Assembly: GCF_964213995.1 (NCBI RefSeq)
Contig: NW_027590137.1
Span: forward strand, 744,001 to 808,000
Origin: Mustelus asterias
Taxonomy: Eukaryota
Direction of reading: 5' to 3'
DNA: 64,000 nucleotides
In this document: piece after piece, positions 49,640-62,018 of the stretch
Position numbering within the stretch: position 1 is the stretch's first letter
Layout of the letters: each line of letters starts with the position of its first letter
The notes under the pieces: model-generated
Seen by the model: only the letters and a program-made list of their open reading frames with translations
Told to the model about the DNA's origin: nothing
The model's database searches: none
Translations under genes and position numbers: made by a program

Positions 49640-49800
49640 CCAACACACTGGGTACATTACCACTTCATCCTCGGGAGTGGCCTGATAGGCCGTGGTCCAG
49701 ACTACATGTGGCCCTTGGGGGGCCTTTCATGAATCACATGTTTTTGCTTGTTGTAGATGCACATTCAAAATGCTTGGAAGCACAGATCATGAGTAATATT
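49640..49800 (+). mobile_element. Gypsy-type LTR retrotransposon integrase remnant
   Basis: PLHPREWPDRPWSRLHVALGGPFMNHMFLLVVDAHSK resembles the Gypsy integrase core start (PLHPWEWP..PWSRLHVDFAGPF..VVDAHSKW). Confidence 0.7.
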
Positions 49801-50475
49801 ACAGGGCAATTAGGACTAGTTTAGTGGTAAAAACTGGGCGGCATGGACAAGTTGGGCCGAAGGGCCTGTTTCCATGCTGTAAACCTCTACGACTCTAACT
49901 ACCTTTTTTGTGCCCTGAAGTTCCCACAATTGGAAAGCAGCCAGATTAGTTAAATAGACAGCCTTAATTGTGAGACAATTAAATAATAAATGATTCATTA
50001 ATACATATGTTATAAAGGCTGGAAATGTAAATTTGAACACAAGTTTATAACTTAGAATTATAAACACATTAAGAATGGTTAAAATGCTGTGGGAATTATC
50101 AGATGTTCCCTTCCCATGCTGACAGAATAAAGAAAGATGAAAGGACTTGTTAACCTTGACTGGAGGGAATGAATCGGCTCCTGTTCAAGATGTCTCAACA
50201 TTGAATGACTGATGTGAACCAATTATCGGTCGACCCAATTATCAGGCTACCCCAAGCTAAGAGATATCGTTTGAGAGAAAGATATGTCTTAAAATTAAGA
50301 CAATGTGTGCAATTAGCTAAAAACCAAATCAATTTCATTATTGACAAGTTAAAGACCAATTCACTAATTCCTAACAATTAGCTGAGGATGGCTTTCTACA
50401 TTCTTAAAGTATAAAAAAGGGGATTCGAGAAACCAATTCAGTAAAAGTGTTTAAAAGTTAACTTTTTTTATAGTT

Positions 50476-50757
50476 TGTTTATTAGTGTCACACATAGACT
50501 TACATTAACATTGCAATGAAGTTACTCTGAAAATCCCCCAGTCGCCACAGTCTGGCGCCTGTTTGGGTAAACTGAGGGAGAATTTAGCATAGCCAATGTA
50601 CCCAACCAGCACGTCTTTCGGACTTTGGGAGGAAACTGGAGCACCCGGAGGAAACCTGCACAGACACGGGGAGAATGGGCAAACTCCGCACAGCCAGTGA
50701 CCCAAGCCGGGACTCGAACCATCTGCTGTGAGGCAGCAGTGCCTCACACTGTGCCCT
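50476..50757 (-). mobile_element. HE1-like SINE, alternative tail
   Basis: Reverse complement of head, central motif and tail. Confidence 0.85.
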
Positions 50758-51589
50758 ACAGAGAGACGTTGGGAGCTGTTAGTTTTACAAGTTATCCACG
50801 TTTTCAGAGCCATCACTTCATGTCCTGGTTTGAGAAGGATGGAGAAGTTAAAGTTCAGCTTTCCTCCTTTTGCTGTTGATCCATACTTTGCTTTTTTATC
50901 TTTCTGTCTTGTTACATTTTTAATGGTTAATAAACTTTCTGAATTCACCGTTTAAAATACCCTTTCTTGCCATATGGTTAAGTCACTGGAACCTGGTGTG
51001 ATTTACGATTAGGGAAGTTATTGTAAACAAGAGAACCCCCATAAATCTTAGTTCAAACAAATCAAAGTTCTTACAAATGGAATGTTATCCTTTATTCTGA
51101 GAGATATTGAACATAGAAGTAAAGATGTTCTGCTTCAGTTGTGCAGGGCGTTGCTGAGATTGCACCTTGAACACAGGGTACAATTTTGTCTCCTATTAAA
51201 CAAAGGATATAAATGCATTGGAAGCAGTTCAGAGGAGGTTCACAAGATTGATTCCCAATCCAGTAGTGTGAAACATTAACACTGTTTCTCTCTCCACAGA
51301 TGCTGCAAGACGTGTTGTGTTTTTCCAGTTCTTTCTGTATTTATTTTAGATCTACCTGTAGTGGGAGGAAAAACACTATTTACTATCCAGGATAAAATAA
51401 ATGTCCTTTCAGTGGAAATGTGCTCTCCCAGGCTCAAAGAGCATCAACCCACTGGAAGCAAAGTCGTGTGACCGGCCAGTCCAACAGAAAGAAACCCTCC
51501 GACCCTCCCACTTCACCTACTGTCAGAATGAACATGGTTCAGTCCTGGATGTGATCAACAGCAGCAATAACAGCAGAATCCAACCCCTG

Positions 51590-52172
51590 TCATCACTTGT
51601 GAACTCGCTGGTGTCTCCGCAGGCTGGATGGCTGAGTGAATCCCTTCCCACACACGGAGCAGGTGAACGGTCTCTCCCTGGTGTGAACTCGCTGGTGTTC
51701 CTGCAGGTGTTCACGCAGAGAGTGATGGGAGTGTGGAATGAGCTGCCGGATAAAGTGGTAAATGCGGGGTCACTTTTAACATTTAAGAAAAACTTGGACG
51801 GGTTTATGGATGAGAGGGGTGTGGAGGGACATGGTCCAAGTGCAGGTCAGTGGGACGAGGCAAAAAATGGTTCGGCACAGACAAGAAGGGCCAAAAGGCC
51901 CGTTTCTGAGCTGTGATTTTCTATGGTTCTAAGGTGGGATGACGTTCTAAATCTCTCTGTGCAGTGCTAGCAGCTGAACGGTCTCTCCTCAGTGTGAATG
52001 TGCTGGTGGATCATCACACCCCGAGAACTTTTGAAACCACTTCCACAATCCGAGCATTTAAAGGGGATCTCATTGGCGTGAGTGAGATTGTGGCTCAGCA
52101 GGCGAGATGAATGAGTGAATTCCTTCCCACACACAGAGCAGGTGAACTGTCTCTCCCTGGTGTGAACTCACG
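51590..52172 (-). pseudogene. C2H2 zinc-finger 3' remnant interrupted by a CR1 fragment (~51707-51932, +) (ZNF-H)
   Basis: Finger codons on minus strand ending HK*; inserted [15 protein letters not shown]1 piece. Confidence 0.75.
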
Positions 52173-52174
52173 GT

Positions 52175-52950
52175 GTGATCACACGGGTTGGATTCTGCTG
52201 TTATTGTTTCTGCTCTCAATTACATCCAGGACTGCATTTTGTTCATTCTCACAGTTGGTCAATGGGGAGGGTCGGAGGGTTTCTTTCTGCTGGACTGGCT
52301 GGTCTCACAAAGTTTGCCTCCAGTGGGCTGATGCTCTTTGAGACTTGTTGCGAATACCTGGTTTCAGATTTCACAAGGATCACAGAGTGACAGGGTGTTA
52401 GGAAGTTCAGAGATATTTAGTCAGCATTTCTGTCTAATACCCCTCAAACGCCCATCCAATTTCCTTTGTAATTGTTTATTGTCTCCACTTCCTCCACCCT
52501 CGTAGGCAGCGAGTTCCAGGTCATTACCATTCGCTGCATCAAAATATTCTTCCTCACATCCCCCCCCCGCCCCCCCCTGCATCTCTGACCTGAAACTTGA
52601 AATCTGTGTCCCCCCTCGTCCTTGTCCAATCAGCTAATGGGAACAGCTTTTCTTTGTCCACCTTATCTAAACCTGTCAGAATCTTGTCCACCTCGATCAA
52701 ATCTCCCCTCAACCTCCTTTACTCCAAGGAGAACAACCCCAGCCTGACATTGACAATAAAGAACAAACTAACAGAATATGTTAATACCTGAAATCAAATG
52801 GGAATGTTTAATTTCTGTTTGAAAGATATTGTAAATATATTGTCCTGGACAATAAAGAAATTGGAATAATTCACCTTGGGTGTGGTTGAATGAAATATAT
52901 CAATCTGGTATCCATCTACAGTCTAGTGAAAGGCTGGAATGTGTAGCTGG
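52175..52950 (+). repeat. Third copy of the ZNF-A/B 3' flank
   Basis: Direct match to ~2735-3490 including embedded CR1 relic. Confidence 0.85.
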
Positions 52951-53869
52951 GATGAATAAGTTGATCACTTTCTCTGGGAGATATTTGCATCTTTGTCCAT
53001 GAACTTTGTTTTTTAAAAATCCACATTTGAAAGCCCGGCCACTACATGAAATATCAGCACCATAACAGGGGGAGATAAGAAAGACAGACACTCACTTTGA
53101 TCTTTTCATCAGCACATCTGAGAGTTAAGAATGTGTGACATGATTTTGGGATACCGGAGTGAGTGTGCAGATGTGATTTGTTACATGTGAAAAATAGCAA
53201 GCCTAAATTCATGGTGAGATGGAGTGAAGAGCGGGTCCCAAACACACACAGCTACTTGAGACACAGCAGGAGATGAAATGGCTAATGTGGCCAGGGCATT
53301 GAGACAACATTGTGACATCATCAAGGCATTGACACACACTCCAGAGAGAAACTGAGTTCAAAACAATCAGGATCCAATTAAACACAATACACATGGACAC
53401 ACAGTGAGGAAAATTACAGTAAAATGGATAATCTATTCATCGAGAAGGAAAGAAGCTGGTGCAGAATGTAGTGTTACAGTCAGCGAGGGTGCAGAAAAAG
53501 ATCAACTGAATGCGAGGTAGGTCCATTCAAAGGTCTGATGGCAGCAGGGAGGAAGCTGCTCTTGAGTCAGTTGGTACGTGACCTCAGACTTTTGTGTCTT
53601 TTTCCCAACGGAAGAAGGTGGAAGAGAGAATGTCCGGGGTGGGCAGGGTCCTTAATTATGCTGGCTGCTTTGCCGAGGCAGCGGGAAGTGGATGGGAGGA
53701 GGGAGTGCCGAATGTAGTATTACAGTCATAGCAAGGGTGCAAAGAAAGATCAACTGAATGTGAGGTAGGTCCATTCAAAGGTCTGATGGCAGCAGTGAAG
53801 AAGCTGCTCTTGAGTCCATTAATATGTGTCCTGACCCTTTGTAGTTTATTGTGGTCTTGGGCAGAGCAG

Positions 53870-54195
53870 AATCATAGAAATCATAGAATCATAGAAACCC
53901 GACAGCACAGAAAGAGGCCATTCGGCCCATTGAGTCTGCACCGACCACAATCCCACCCAGGCCCTACCCCCATACCCTTACATATTTTACCCACTAATCC
54001 CTCTAACCTACGCATCTCAGGACACTAAGGACAATTTTAGCATGGCCAATCAACCTAACCCGCACATCTTTTGGACTGTGGGAGGAAACCGGAGCACCCG
54101 GAGGAAACCCACGCAGACACGAGGAGAATGTGCAAACTCCACACAGACAGTGACCCAAGCCGGGAATCAAACCCAGGTCGCTGGAGCTGTGAAGC
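53870..54195 (-). mobile_element. HE1-type SINE, 5'-truncated
   Basis: Central motif and tail match. Confidence 0.88.
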
Positions 54196-54778
54196 CATAC
54201 CAAGCTGTGAAGCCATACCAAGCTGTGATACAACCAGAGAGAATGCTTTCTCTGGTGCATCTGTAAACGTTGGTGAGAGTCATAGCTGATGTGCCAAATT
54301 TCCTTAGTCTTCTGAGAAAGTAGAGGCATTGGTGGGCTTTCTTAACTATAGTGTCAGCATGGGGGAACCAGGACAGGTTGTTGGTGATCTGGACACCTAA
54401 AAACATGAAGTTCTCGACCATTTCTGTATCGTCCCTGTTGACGTAGATAGGGGCATGTTCTCCACTATGCTTCTTGAAATCGATGACAATCTCCTTCATT
54501 TTGTTGACATTGAGGGAGAGATTATTGTTGTCGCACCAGTTCAGCAGGTTCTTTATCTCTTTCCTGCACTCCATCTTGTCATTGTCTGAGATCCGACCCA
54601 CTACAGTGGTGCCATCAGCAAATTTGAAAATTGAGTTGGAGGAGAATTTGGCCACACTGTCATAGGTGTATAAGGAATATAGGAGGGGCTGAGGACACGG
54701 CCTTGTGGGGCACCAGTGTTGAGGATGATCATGGTAGGAGGTGTTGCCTATCCTTACTGACTGTGGTCTGTGGTTAGG
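54196..54778 (-). mobile_element. Rex1/Babar-type non-LTR retrotransposon RT fragment (further 3' pieces ~53440-53820)
   Basis: PLLYSLYTYD..KFADGTTVVG..WCDNNNLSLNVNK..KKAHQCLYFLRRLRKF..ESILSGCITAWYG. Confidence 0.85.
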
Positions 54779-54789
54779 AAGACTCGGAT

Positions 54790-55835
54790 TCACGGTGACT
54801 TAGCCACTTGGATTCAGAATTGACTTGCCCATAGAAGTCAGAGAGTAATGATGCAAGGATGTTTTCTGGCTGGAGGTCCGTGACCAGTGGTGTTCCACAG
54901 GGATCTGTTCTGGGACTTCTGCTATTTGTGGTATATATATCAATGACTTGGCTGAAAATGTGGGTGTGTGGGTTAGTAAGTTTGCAGACGACACAAAGCT
55001 AGATGGAGTTGTAGATAATGTAGAAGGTTGTCAAAGGATACAGTGGGATGTAGATCAGCTGCAGATATGGGCAGAGAAATGGCAGATGGAGTTTAATCCA
55101 GACAAGTGTGAGGTGCTGCACTTTGGGAGATCAAATGTTCAGGGTAAGTATCCAGTTAATGGCAGACCCCTGAACAGCATTGATGTACAGTGGGATCTTG
55201 CGGTTCAAGTCCATAGCTCCCAAAGGTTGCCTTTATTGAGTACAAGAGTCAGGATGTCATATTGCAGCTTTATAAAAGTTAGGTTAGGCCACACTTAGAA
55301 TATTGCATTCAGTTCTGTTCGCTACATTACAGGAAGGATGTGGAGAATTTGGAGAGTATGCAGAAGAGGTTTACCAGGACGCTGCCTGGATTAGAGGGTA
55401 TGAGCTATGAGGACAGGCTGGACAAACTAGGGTTGTTTACTCTGACGCGGTGGAGGCTGAGGGGAAACCTGATAGAAGTCTATAAAATGATAAAAGACAT
55501 AGATTGGGTTGACAGTCAGAATCTTTTTCACAGAGTTGAAATGTCTATTACTAGGGGGCATGCACTTCAGGAGAGACGGGGAAAGTTCAAAGGAGATGTG
55601 AGGGGTAAGTTTTTTACACACAGAGTGGTAGGTGTCTGGAACGCACTGCTAGGAGTGGCGGTGGAGGCAGATACGATTGGGGTGTTCAATGGGCTTTTAG
55701 ATAAGCACATGAATTTGTAAGGAATAGAGGAATATGGACCAAGGGCAGGCAGAAGGGATTAGTTTAATTTGGCATCATGTTCGACACAACATGGTGGGCT
55801 GAAGGGTCTGTTCCTGTGCTGTATTGTTCTATTTG
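54790..55835 (+). mobile_element. CR1 LINE 3' fragment
   Basis: [41 protein letters not shown]. Confidence 0.9.
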
Positions 55836-55887
55836 TGATCTCCATTTAGAAAAAGGAGTGAGGCAGCAGTGCTAACCACTGGCACTG

Positions 55888-56188
55888 TGGCACGGTGGTC
55901 AGCACTGCTGCCTCACAGCTCCAGGGACCCAGGTTCAATTCCGCCCTCGGTTCTCTGTCTGCGCGGAGTCTGCACGTTCTCTCTGTGTCTGCGTGCGTTT
56001 CTTCCGGGTGCTCCGGTTTTCTCCCACATTCCAAAAATGTGTGAGTTAGGTTGATTGGCCGTGCTAAATTAACACTAATGTTTGTGGGGATTAACAGGGT
56101 AAATATGTGGGGTTGTGGGAATAGGGCCTGGGTGGGATTGTGGTCGAGGTAGACTCGATGGGCCGAATGGCCTTCTATGATTCTATGA
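55888..56188 (+). mobile_element. HE1-type SINE
   Basis: Head, central motif, TTCTATGATTCTATG tail. Confidence 0.85.
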
Positions 56189-56772
56189 AATAGAGGCACT
56201 GGAGAAAGGGCAAGAAAGATTCACAAGAATAATCCCAGAACTGTAATCACTTGTGAAAGCGCTGGTGTTTCACCAAGTTTGCTGACTGAGTGAATCCCTT
56301 CCCACAGTCAGAGCAGGTGAACAGCCTCTGCCCAGTGTGAACTCGCTGTGTACCTGCAGGTTGGATGACTGAGTGAATCCCTTCCCACGTACAGAGCAGC
56401 TGAATGGCCTCTCTCCAGTGTGAACTCACTGGTGGATCATCATTTCCCGAGAGCTTTTAAAGCCGCTCCCACAGTTGGAGAATTTAAAGGATCTCTGCAG
56501 AGTGTGAGTGATGTTCTGTCTCTGCAGTCTGGATAACCGAGTAAATCCTTTCACACTCACCGAGCAGGTAAATGGTCTCTCCCCGGTGTGAACTCACTGG
56601 TGTTCCTGCAGGTTGGATGACCATTTAAATCTCTTTGTGCAGTGAGAGTGTGCTGGTGGGACACCAATTAGCTTTTGAAGCCACGCCCACACACAGAGCA
56701 GCTGAACGGCCTCTCCCCTGTGTAAATGCACTGGTTGATCATCAGTTCCTGAGAGGTTTTGAGTCCGGCCTC

Positions 56773-58230
56773 TCAGTCAGAGCATTTAAAGGGTCTCTCC
56801 TTGGTGTGAGTAACATTGTGTCTCAGCAAGCTGGATGACTGAGTGAATCCCTTTCCACACACAGAGCAGGGGAATGGTTTCTCCCCAGTGTGAACTCGCT
56901 GGTGTATCCGCAGTGTGGATAACCTTTTAAATCTCTTTGTGCAGTGAGAGCAGCTGAACGGTCTCTCCCCAGTGTGAACTCGCTGGTGAATCAACAGTTC
57001 ATGAGAGCTTTCAAAACCAGTCCCACAGTCAGTGCATTGAAAGGCTCTCTCCTGGGTGTGAGTGCTTTTGTGCTTCAGCAGGCTGGACAACTGAGTGAAT
57101 CCTTTCCCACACACAGAGCAGGGGAATGGTTTCTCCTTAGTGTGAACTCGGTGGTGTTTCCGCAGATTGGATGAACTTTTAAATCTCTTTGTGCAGTGAG
57201 AGCAGCTGAACGGTCTCTCCTCGGTGTGAATGCGCTGGTGAATCATCAGATCCGCAGCACTTTTGAAGCCACGCCCACAGTCAGAGCATTTAAAAGGTCT
57301 CTCATTGCTGTGAGTGACTTTGTGTGTTGTCAGACCAGATGACTGAGTGAATCCCTTCCCACACACAGAGCAAGTGAATGGCCTCTTCCCAGTGTGAACT
57401 CGCTGGTGTACCCGCAGATTGGATGAGGTTTTGAACCTCTTTGTGCAGTGAGAGCAGCTGAACGGTCTCTCCTCACTGTGAATGCGCTGGTGGATATTCA
57501 GATCCGCAGCACTTTTGAAGCCGCTCCCACAGTCAGAGCATTTAAAGGGTCTCTCATTGCTGTGAGTGACTTTGTGATTCTGTAGGTGGGATGGCTGAGT
57601 GAATCCCTTTCCACACACAGAGCAGGTGAATGGTCTCTCCCCAGTGTGAACTCGCTGGTGTGTCTGCAGGTGGGATGACCGATTGAATCCCTTCCCACAC
57701 ACAGAGCAGGTGAACAGTCCCTCTGCAGTGTGAAAGCGTTTGTGGGACATCAGTTCACCAGAGCTTTTGAAGCCTCTCCCACAGTCAGAGCATTTAAAGG
57801 GTCTCTCCTGGGTGTGGGTGACTTTGTGTTTCAGCAGGCTGGATAATTGAGTGAATCCCTTCCCACACACAGAGCAGGTGAACGGTCTCTCCCCGGTGTG
57901 AACTCGCTGGTGTTGCCGCAGGTTGGATGATGTTCTGAATGTCTTTGTGCAGTGAGAGCAGCTGAACGGTCTCTCCTCAGTGTGAATGCGCTCGTGCTCT
58001 CTCAGATCCGCAGCACGTTTGAAATTGCTTCCACAGTCAGAGCATTTAAAGGGTCTCTCCTGGCTGTGAGTGACTTTATGTCTGAGCAGGTGGGATAACT
58101 GAATGTATCCCTTCCCACACACAGAGCAGGTGAATGGCCTCTCCCCGGTGTGACTGCGTCGATGGATTTCCAGGTCACAGGGGGCTCTGTATCTCTTCCC
58201 ACAGTCCCCACATTTCCACCGTTTCTCCAT
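56773..58230 (-). CDS. Tandem C2H2 zinc-finger protein, 17 fingers, decayed fingers continue to ~56247 (ZNF-I)
   Basis: MEKRWKCGDC start; stop inside finger 18 (CSD*); 3-finger periodicity. Confidence 0.88.
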   Translation of the reverse strand: MEKRWKCGDCGKRYRAPCDLEIHRRSHTGERPFTCSVCGKGYIQLSHLLRHKVTHSQERPFKCSDCGSNFKRAADLREHERIHTEERPFSCSHCTKTFRTSSNLRQHQRVHTGERPFTCSVCGKGFTQLSSLLKHKVTHTQERPFKCSDCGRGFKSSGELMSHKRFHTAEGLFTCSVCGKGFNRSSHLQTHQRVHTGERPFTCSVCGKGFTQPSHLQNHKVTHSNERPFKCSDCGSGFKSAADLNIHQRIHSEERPFSCSHCTKRFKTSSNLRVHQRVHTGKRPFTCSVCGKGFTQSSGLTTHKVTHSNERPFKCSDCGRGFKSAADLMIHQRIHTEERPFSCSHCTKRFKSSSNLRKHHRVHTKEKPFPCSVCGKGFTQLSSLLKHKSTHTQERAFQCTDCGTGFESSHELLIHQRVHTGERPFSCSHCTKRFKRLSTLRIHQRVHTGEKPFPCSVCGKGFTQSSSLLRHNVTHTKERPFKCSD

Positions 58231-58280
58231 GGTTCGGGTGTCCTTGTGACTCTCCAGGTTAAACAGTCAGTTAAATCTCA

Positions 58281-58370
<90 letters not shown>

Positions 58371-58827
58371 TCACTAGAACATTCTCACTCGGGTGTGTCT
58401 GCGCCTTGGTGCTTTTCCAGTCACATTGATATTAAAGACCTGTTTTCGCAGACGGAACAGAGAAACATTTCTCCTTCTAGATTCAAAGGCCGATAATATT
58501 CAGGTCCGATGAATTGAGTGAGGGTGTCAGATGCTGGTGTGATGTTTGTTTCAAGATTTTGGTCTGTTAATCCTCACCTTCTCATATCCTGTAAACGAGT
58601 TTGAAAAATTCAACAATGTCAGCACAGGATAGAAATTCAGAACAGACAATTCTAGTTTCTATGGAACATTCTTTCCTCTCTCATTCCCCAAAAGCTGTGA
58701 ATCTCCATCCCACACACTCTCCCTCCATTCTCACTCTGCTGTATCTAATATTCACCCTCCCAATTCTCCTGAAGGTGCTGATTGAGGCTGATTGACAGAT
58801 CCATGCTCACTGCTTCCTGTCCTGGGT

Positions 58828-58938
58828 AGTTTAACAACACCAGGTTAAAGTCCAACAGGTTTATTTGGTAGCAAAAGCCCCTAGCTTTCGGAGCCTTAAG
58901 CTCCTTCTTCAGGTGAGTGGGAATTCCTCACCTGAAAG
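58828..58938 (-). mobile_element. Penelope-like terminal fragment with hammerhead motif
   Basis: Minus strand CTGAAGA-a-GGAGC ttaag GCTCC-GAAA-gc-TA at 58877-58920; small terminal inversion. Confidence 0.8.
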
Positions 58939-59079
58939 GGGGAGAAAAGAAAGTGTTTTACTCACAGATGCTGGCCTCTTTTAAGGACTGTTTAACTGTG
59001 TCCATTGCACTACTGAACCCTTTAAAATCACAGAACGAGTTTAACAAAAGCAGTCCAACAGTTACTAACCCACAAGGCC

Positions 59080-59260
59080 TGGGGCTGCGCATGTCCAAGG
59101 GAGAGGGGAAGCTGCGCATGTGCAGTGGGGAGCTCTCCCCCCCCCCCCGCGAACATTCTAAGGTGCTGACCAATGGGAACTCTGGAGGACCGGAAGTTCT
59201 CTGCTCCTCCAGCCAATCAGAGCTCCCACATTGTCTGAATGCGGAAGTGGATAATGGACT
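59080..59260. promoter_or_regulatory. Promoter module between ZNF-I (-) and ZNF-J (+)
   Basis: Two TGCGCATG NRF1-like sites, paired CCAAT boxes with TGGAGGACC..CTCCTCCAGCCAATC similar to 14790-14830, ETS-like CCGGAAGT/GCGGAAGT. Confidence 0.65.
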
Positions 59261-59372
59261 TGTTCAGCTGCTCATTCCTGCCCAGCAAAGCTGCTGCTGC
59301 TTCTCTCTCTGAATGAAGATTGAGACTCAGACAGACTCAAACTCCTCCTGTCGGCACCATCTGTGAGAGTGT

Positions 59373-59445
59373 GGGCCAGTGGTGCAATGGATAACGCGTC
59401 TGGCTACGGATCAGAAGATTCCAGGTTCGACTCCTGGCTGGCTCG
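59373..59445 (+). tRNA. tRNA-Arg (anticodon ACG), two substitutions from the usual vertebrate sequence
   Basis: GGGCCAGTGGTGCAATGGATAACGCGTCTGGCTACGGATCAGAAGATTCCAGGTTCGACTCCTGGCTGGCTCG; ACG at 59406-59408; both changes give G-U pairs. Confidence 0.9.
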
Positions 59446-60491
59446 ATGTCAATTTGAAAAATAGTTTGTGAACTCCTTTTGACCGAAAAGAGGCCAACAT
59501 CTGTGAGTAAAACACTTTCTTTGTTCCCCTTTTGCGTTTCTTTTGCATTCTGGGGGAAATTGAGGATTTGTTGAATTTTTAACTTCCAGGTCACCACTCG
59601 CTGCCTAAATAAAAATCCTCCTCACATTCTTCATGTATCTGTAACCAGGTAATACAGTGTATTACACACAGCATCAGTCAGCTCATTTATGGCCAAATGT
59701 AAAACTTTAACGTGGCTGTCAGCTTGAAGATTAATCATGGATCATTTGCACTTCCACAACCCCCTGAGGCAGCGGCTTCCAGGTAATGACCTTTCTGCAC
59801 CAAAATAAAATTCTTCCCCACTTCCTTCTCCTTCTCCCAATCCAGTTATCCGGTCCCACATATGGCACAGATTTTAATTTCTAGCGTGTAGGCCGGTCGT
59901 TACACGTAGATTTTCAGATCTCTGTGTCCAGTACAGGAAGTAGTCAGTATGGATCCGTTAATCAGCCATAGACTTGGAGGTTGTATACTCAGGAGAGCAG
60001 AGTGAGAATGGGGAGAGAGTGTGTGGGATGGAGATTGACAGCTTTTGGGGAATGAGAGAGGAAAGAATGTTCCATAGAAACTAGAATTGTCTGTTCTGAA
60101 TTTCTATCCTGTACTGACAGTGATGTCTGTTGTAAATTCCTTTCACAGATATCAGGAGATGAGGATTTATAGACAGAAATTTCAAACTAAACATCACATG
60201 AAGATTTGACAGTCATTCGATTTATTAGGACCTGAATATCATCGACCTTTGAATCTAGAAAAGCAATGTTTGTCTGATCTGTTTGCTTAAGGAGATTTTA
60301 AACATCAGTGTGACTGGAACACACCCGAATGAGAGTGTTCCAGTCCAGTGATAGTGGAAAGAGCTTTAACCAGTTACACAGGCTGAAACAACATTGCACC
60401 GTTTACAGTGAAGAGAGATCGTACACGTGTTCTGTGTGGACAAGGATTCAACTGACCATCAAACCTGGAGAGTCACAAGGACACCCGCATC

Positions 60492-62018
60492 ATGGAGAAA
60501 CTGTGGAAATGTGACGATTGTGGACAAGGATTCATGTTGCCCTGTGATTTGGAAATTCATCAACGCAGTCACACTCGGGAGAGACCCTTCACTTGCTCAG
60601 TCTGTGGGAAGGGATACATTAAGTTCTCCCACCTGCTGAGTCACAATCTCACTCACACCAATGAGAGACCCTTTAAATGCTCTGACTGTGGGAGCGGATT
60701 CAAAAGCTCTGGAGAACTGGTGTCCCACCAGCGCATTCACAGTGAGGAGAGACCGTTCAGCTGCTCTCTCTGCACAATGAAATTTAAATGGTCATCCACC
60801 CTGCGGAGACATCAGCGAGTTCACACCGGGGAGAGACCCTTCAGCTGCTCCATGTGTGGGAAGGGATTCTCTCGGTCCTCCGAACTGCGGGCACACCAAC
60901 GAATTCACACTGGGGAGAGACCGTTCACCTGCAATCTGTGTGGGAAGGGATTCTTTCGGTCATCCGCCCTGCTGACGCACAAAGTCACTCACACCAATGA
61001 GAGACCCTTTAAATGCTCTGACTGTGAGAGTTGCTTCAAAAGTTCTCGGGATCTGATGTCCCACCAGCGCATTCACACTGAGGACAGACCGTTCAGCTGC
61101 TCTCTCTGCACAATGAGATTTAGATCATCATCAAACCTGCGGAACCACCAGCGAGTTCACTCCGGGGAGAGACCGTTCACTTGCTCTGACTGTGGGAAGG
61201 GATTCACGCAGTTATCTGCCCTGCTGACACACCAGCGAGTTCACACCGGAGAGAGGCCATTCACCTGCTCGGTGTGTGGGAAGGGATTCACTAATTTACC
61301 TAACCTGCTGAGTCATAAAGTCACTCACACCAGTGAGAGGCCCTTTAAATGCTCGGACTGTGGGAGTGAATTCAAAATTTCTGGGGAACTGGTGTCCCAC
61401 CAGCGCATTCACACTGAGGACAGACCGTTCAGCTGCTCTCTCTGCACAAAGAGGTTTAAGAGGTCATCCACACTGCAGAGACACCAGCGAGTTCACACCA
61501 GGGAGAGACCGTACATCTGCTCTGTGTGTGGGAAGGGATTCAGTCAGTCATTCACCCTGCTGACACACCAGCGCCTTCACACCGAGGAGAGACCATTTAC
61601 CTGCACCGAGTGTGGGAAGGGATTCACTCACTCATCCACCCTGCTGACTCACCAGCAAGTTCACAGCGGGGAGAGACCGTTCACCTGCTCCGAGTGTGGG
61701 AACAGATTCACACGGTTATCCAGCCTGCAGAGACACAAAGTCACTCACTCCCAGGAAAGACCCTTTAAATGCTCCGACTGTGGGAGTGGCTTCAAAATTT
61801 CTGAGCATCTGATAGATCACCAGCGCATTCACACTGGGGAGAGACCGTTCAGCTGCTCTCACTGCACAAAGAGGTTTGGAAGGGCATGCACACTGAGGAG
61901 ACACCAGCGAGTTCACACTGGGAGAGACCATTCACCTGCTCTGTGTGTGCGAAAGGATTCACTCGATACTCCAGCTGCTGAGACACAATGTCCCTCACAC
62001 CCAGGAGAGGCCCTTTAA
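60492..62018 (+). CDS. Tandem C2H2 zinc-finger protein, 17 fingers, then 1-bp deletion frameshift (~61920) and decayed fingers to ~62152 (ZNF-J)
   Basis: MEKLWKCDDC start; ACTGGGAGAG (3 G) where paralogues have ACTGGGGAGAG. Confidence 0.87.
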   Translation: MEKLWKCDDCGQGFMLPCDLEIHQRSHTRERPFTCSVCGKGYIKFSHLLSHNLTHTNERPFKCSDCGSGFKSSGELVSHQRIHSEERPFSCSLCTMKFKWSSTLRRHQRVHTGERPFSCSMCGKGFSRSSELRAHQRIHTGERPFTCNLCGKGFFRSSALLTHKVTHTNERPFKCSDCESCFKSSRDLMSHQRIHTEDRPFSCSLCTMRFRSSSNLRNHQRVHSGERPFTCSDCGKGFTQLSALLTHQRVHTGERPFTCSVCGKGFTNLPNLLSHKVTHTSERPFKCSDCGSEFKISGELVSHQRIHTEDRPFSCSLCTKRFKRSSTLQRHQRVHTRERPYICSVCGKGFSQSFTLLTHQRLHTEERPFTCTECGKGFTHSSTLLTHQQVHSGERPFTCSECGNRFTRLSSLQRHKVTHSQERPFKCSDCGSGFKISEHLIDHQRIHTGERPFSCSHCTKRFGRACTLRRHQRVHTGRDHSPALCVRKDSLDTPAAETQCPSHPGEAL

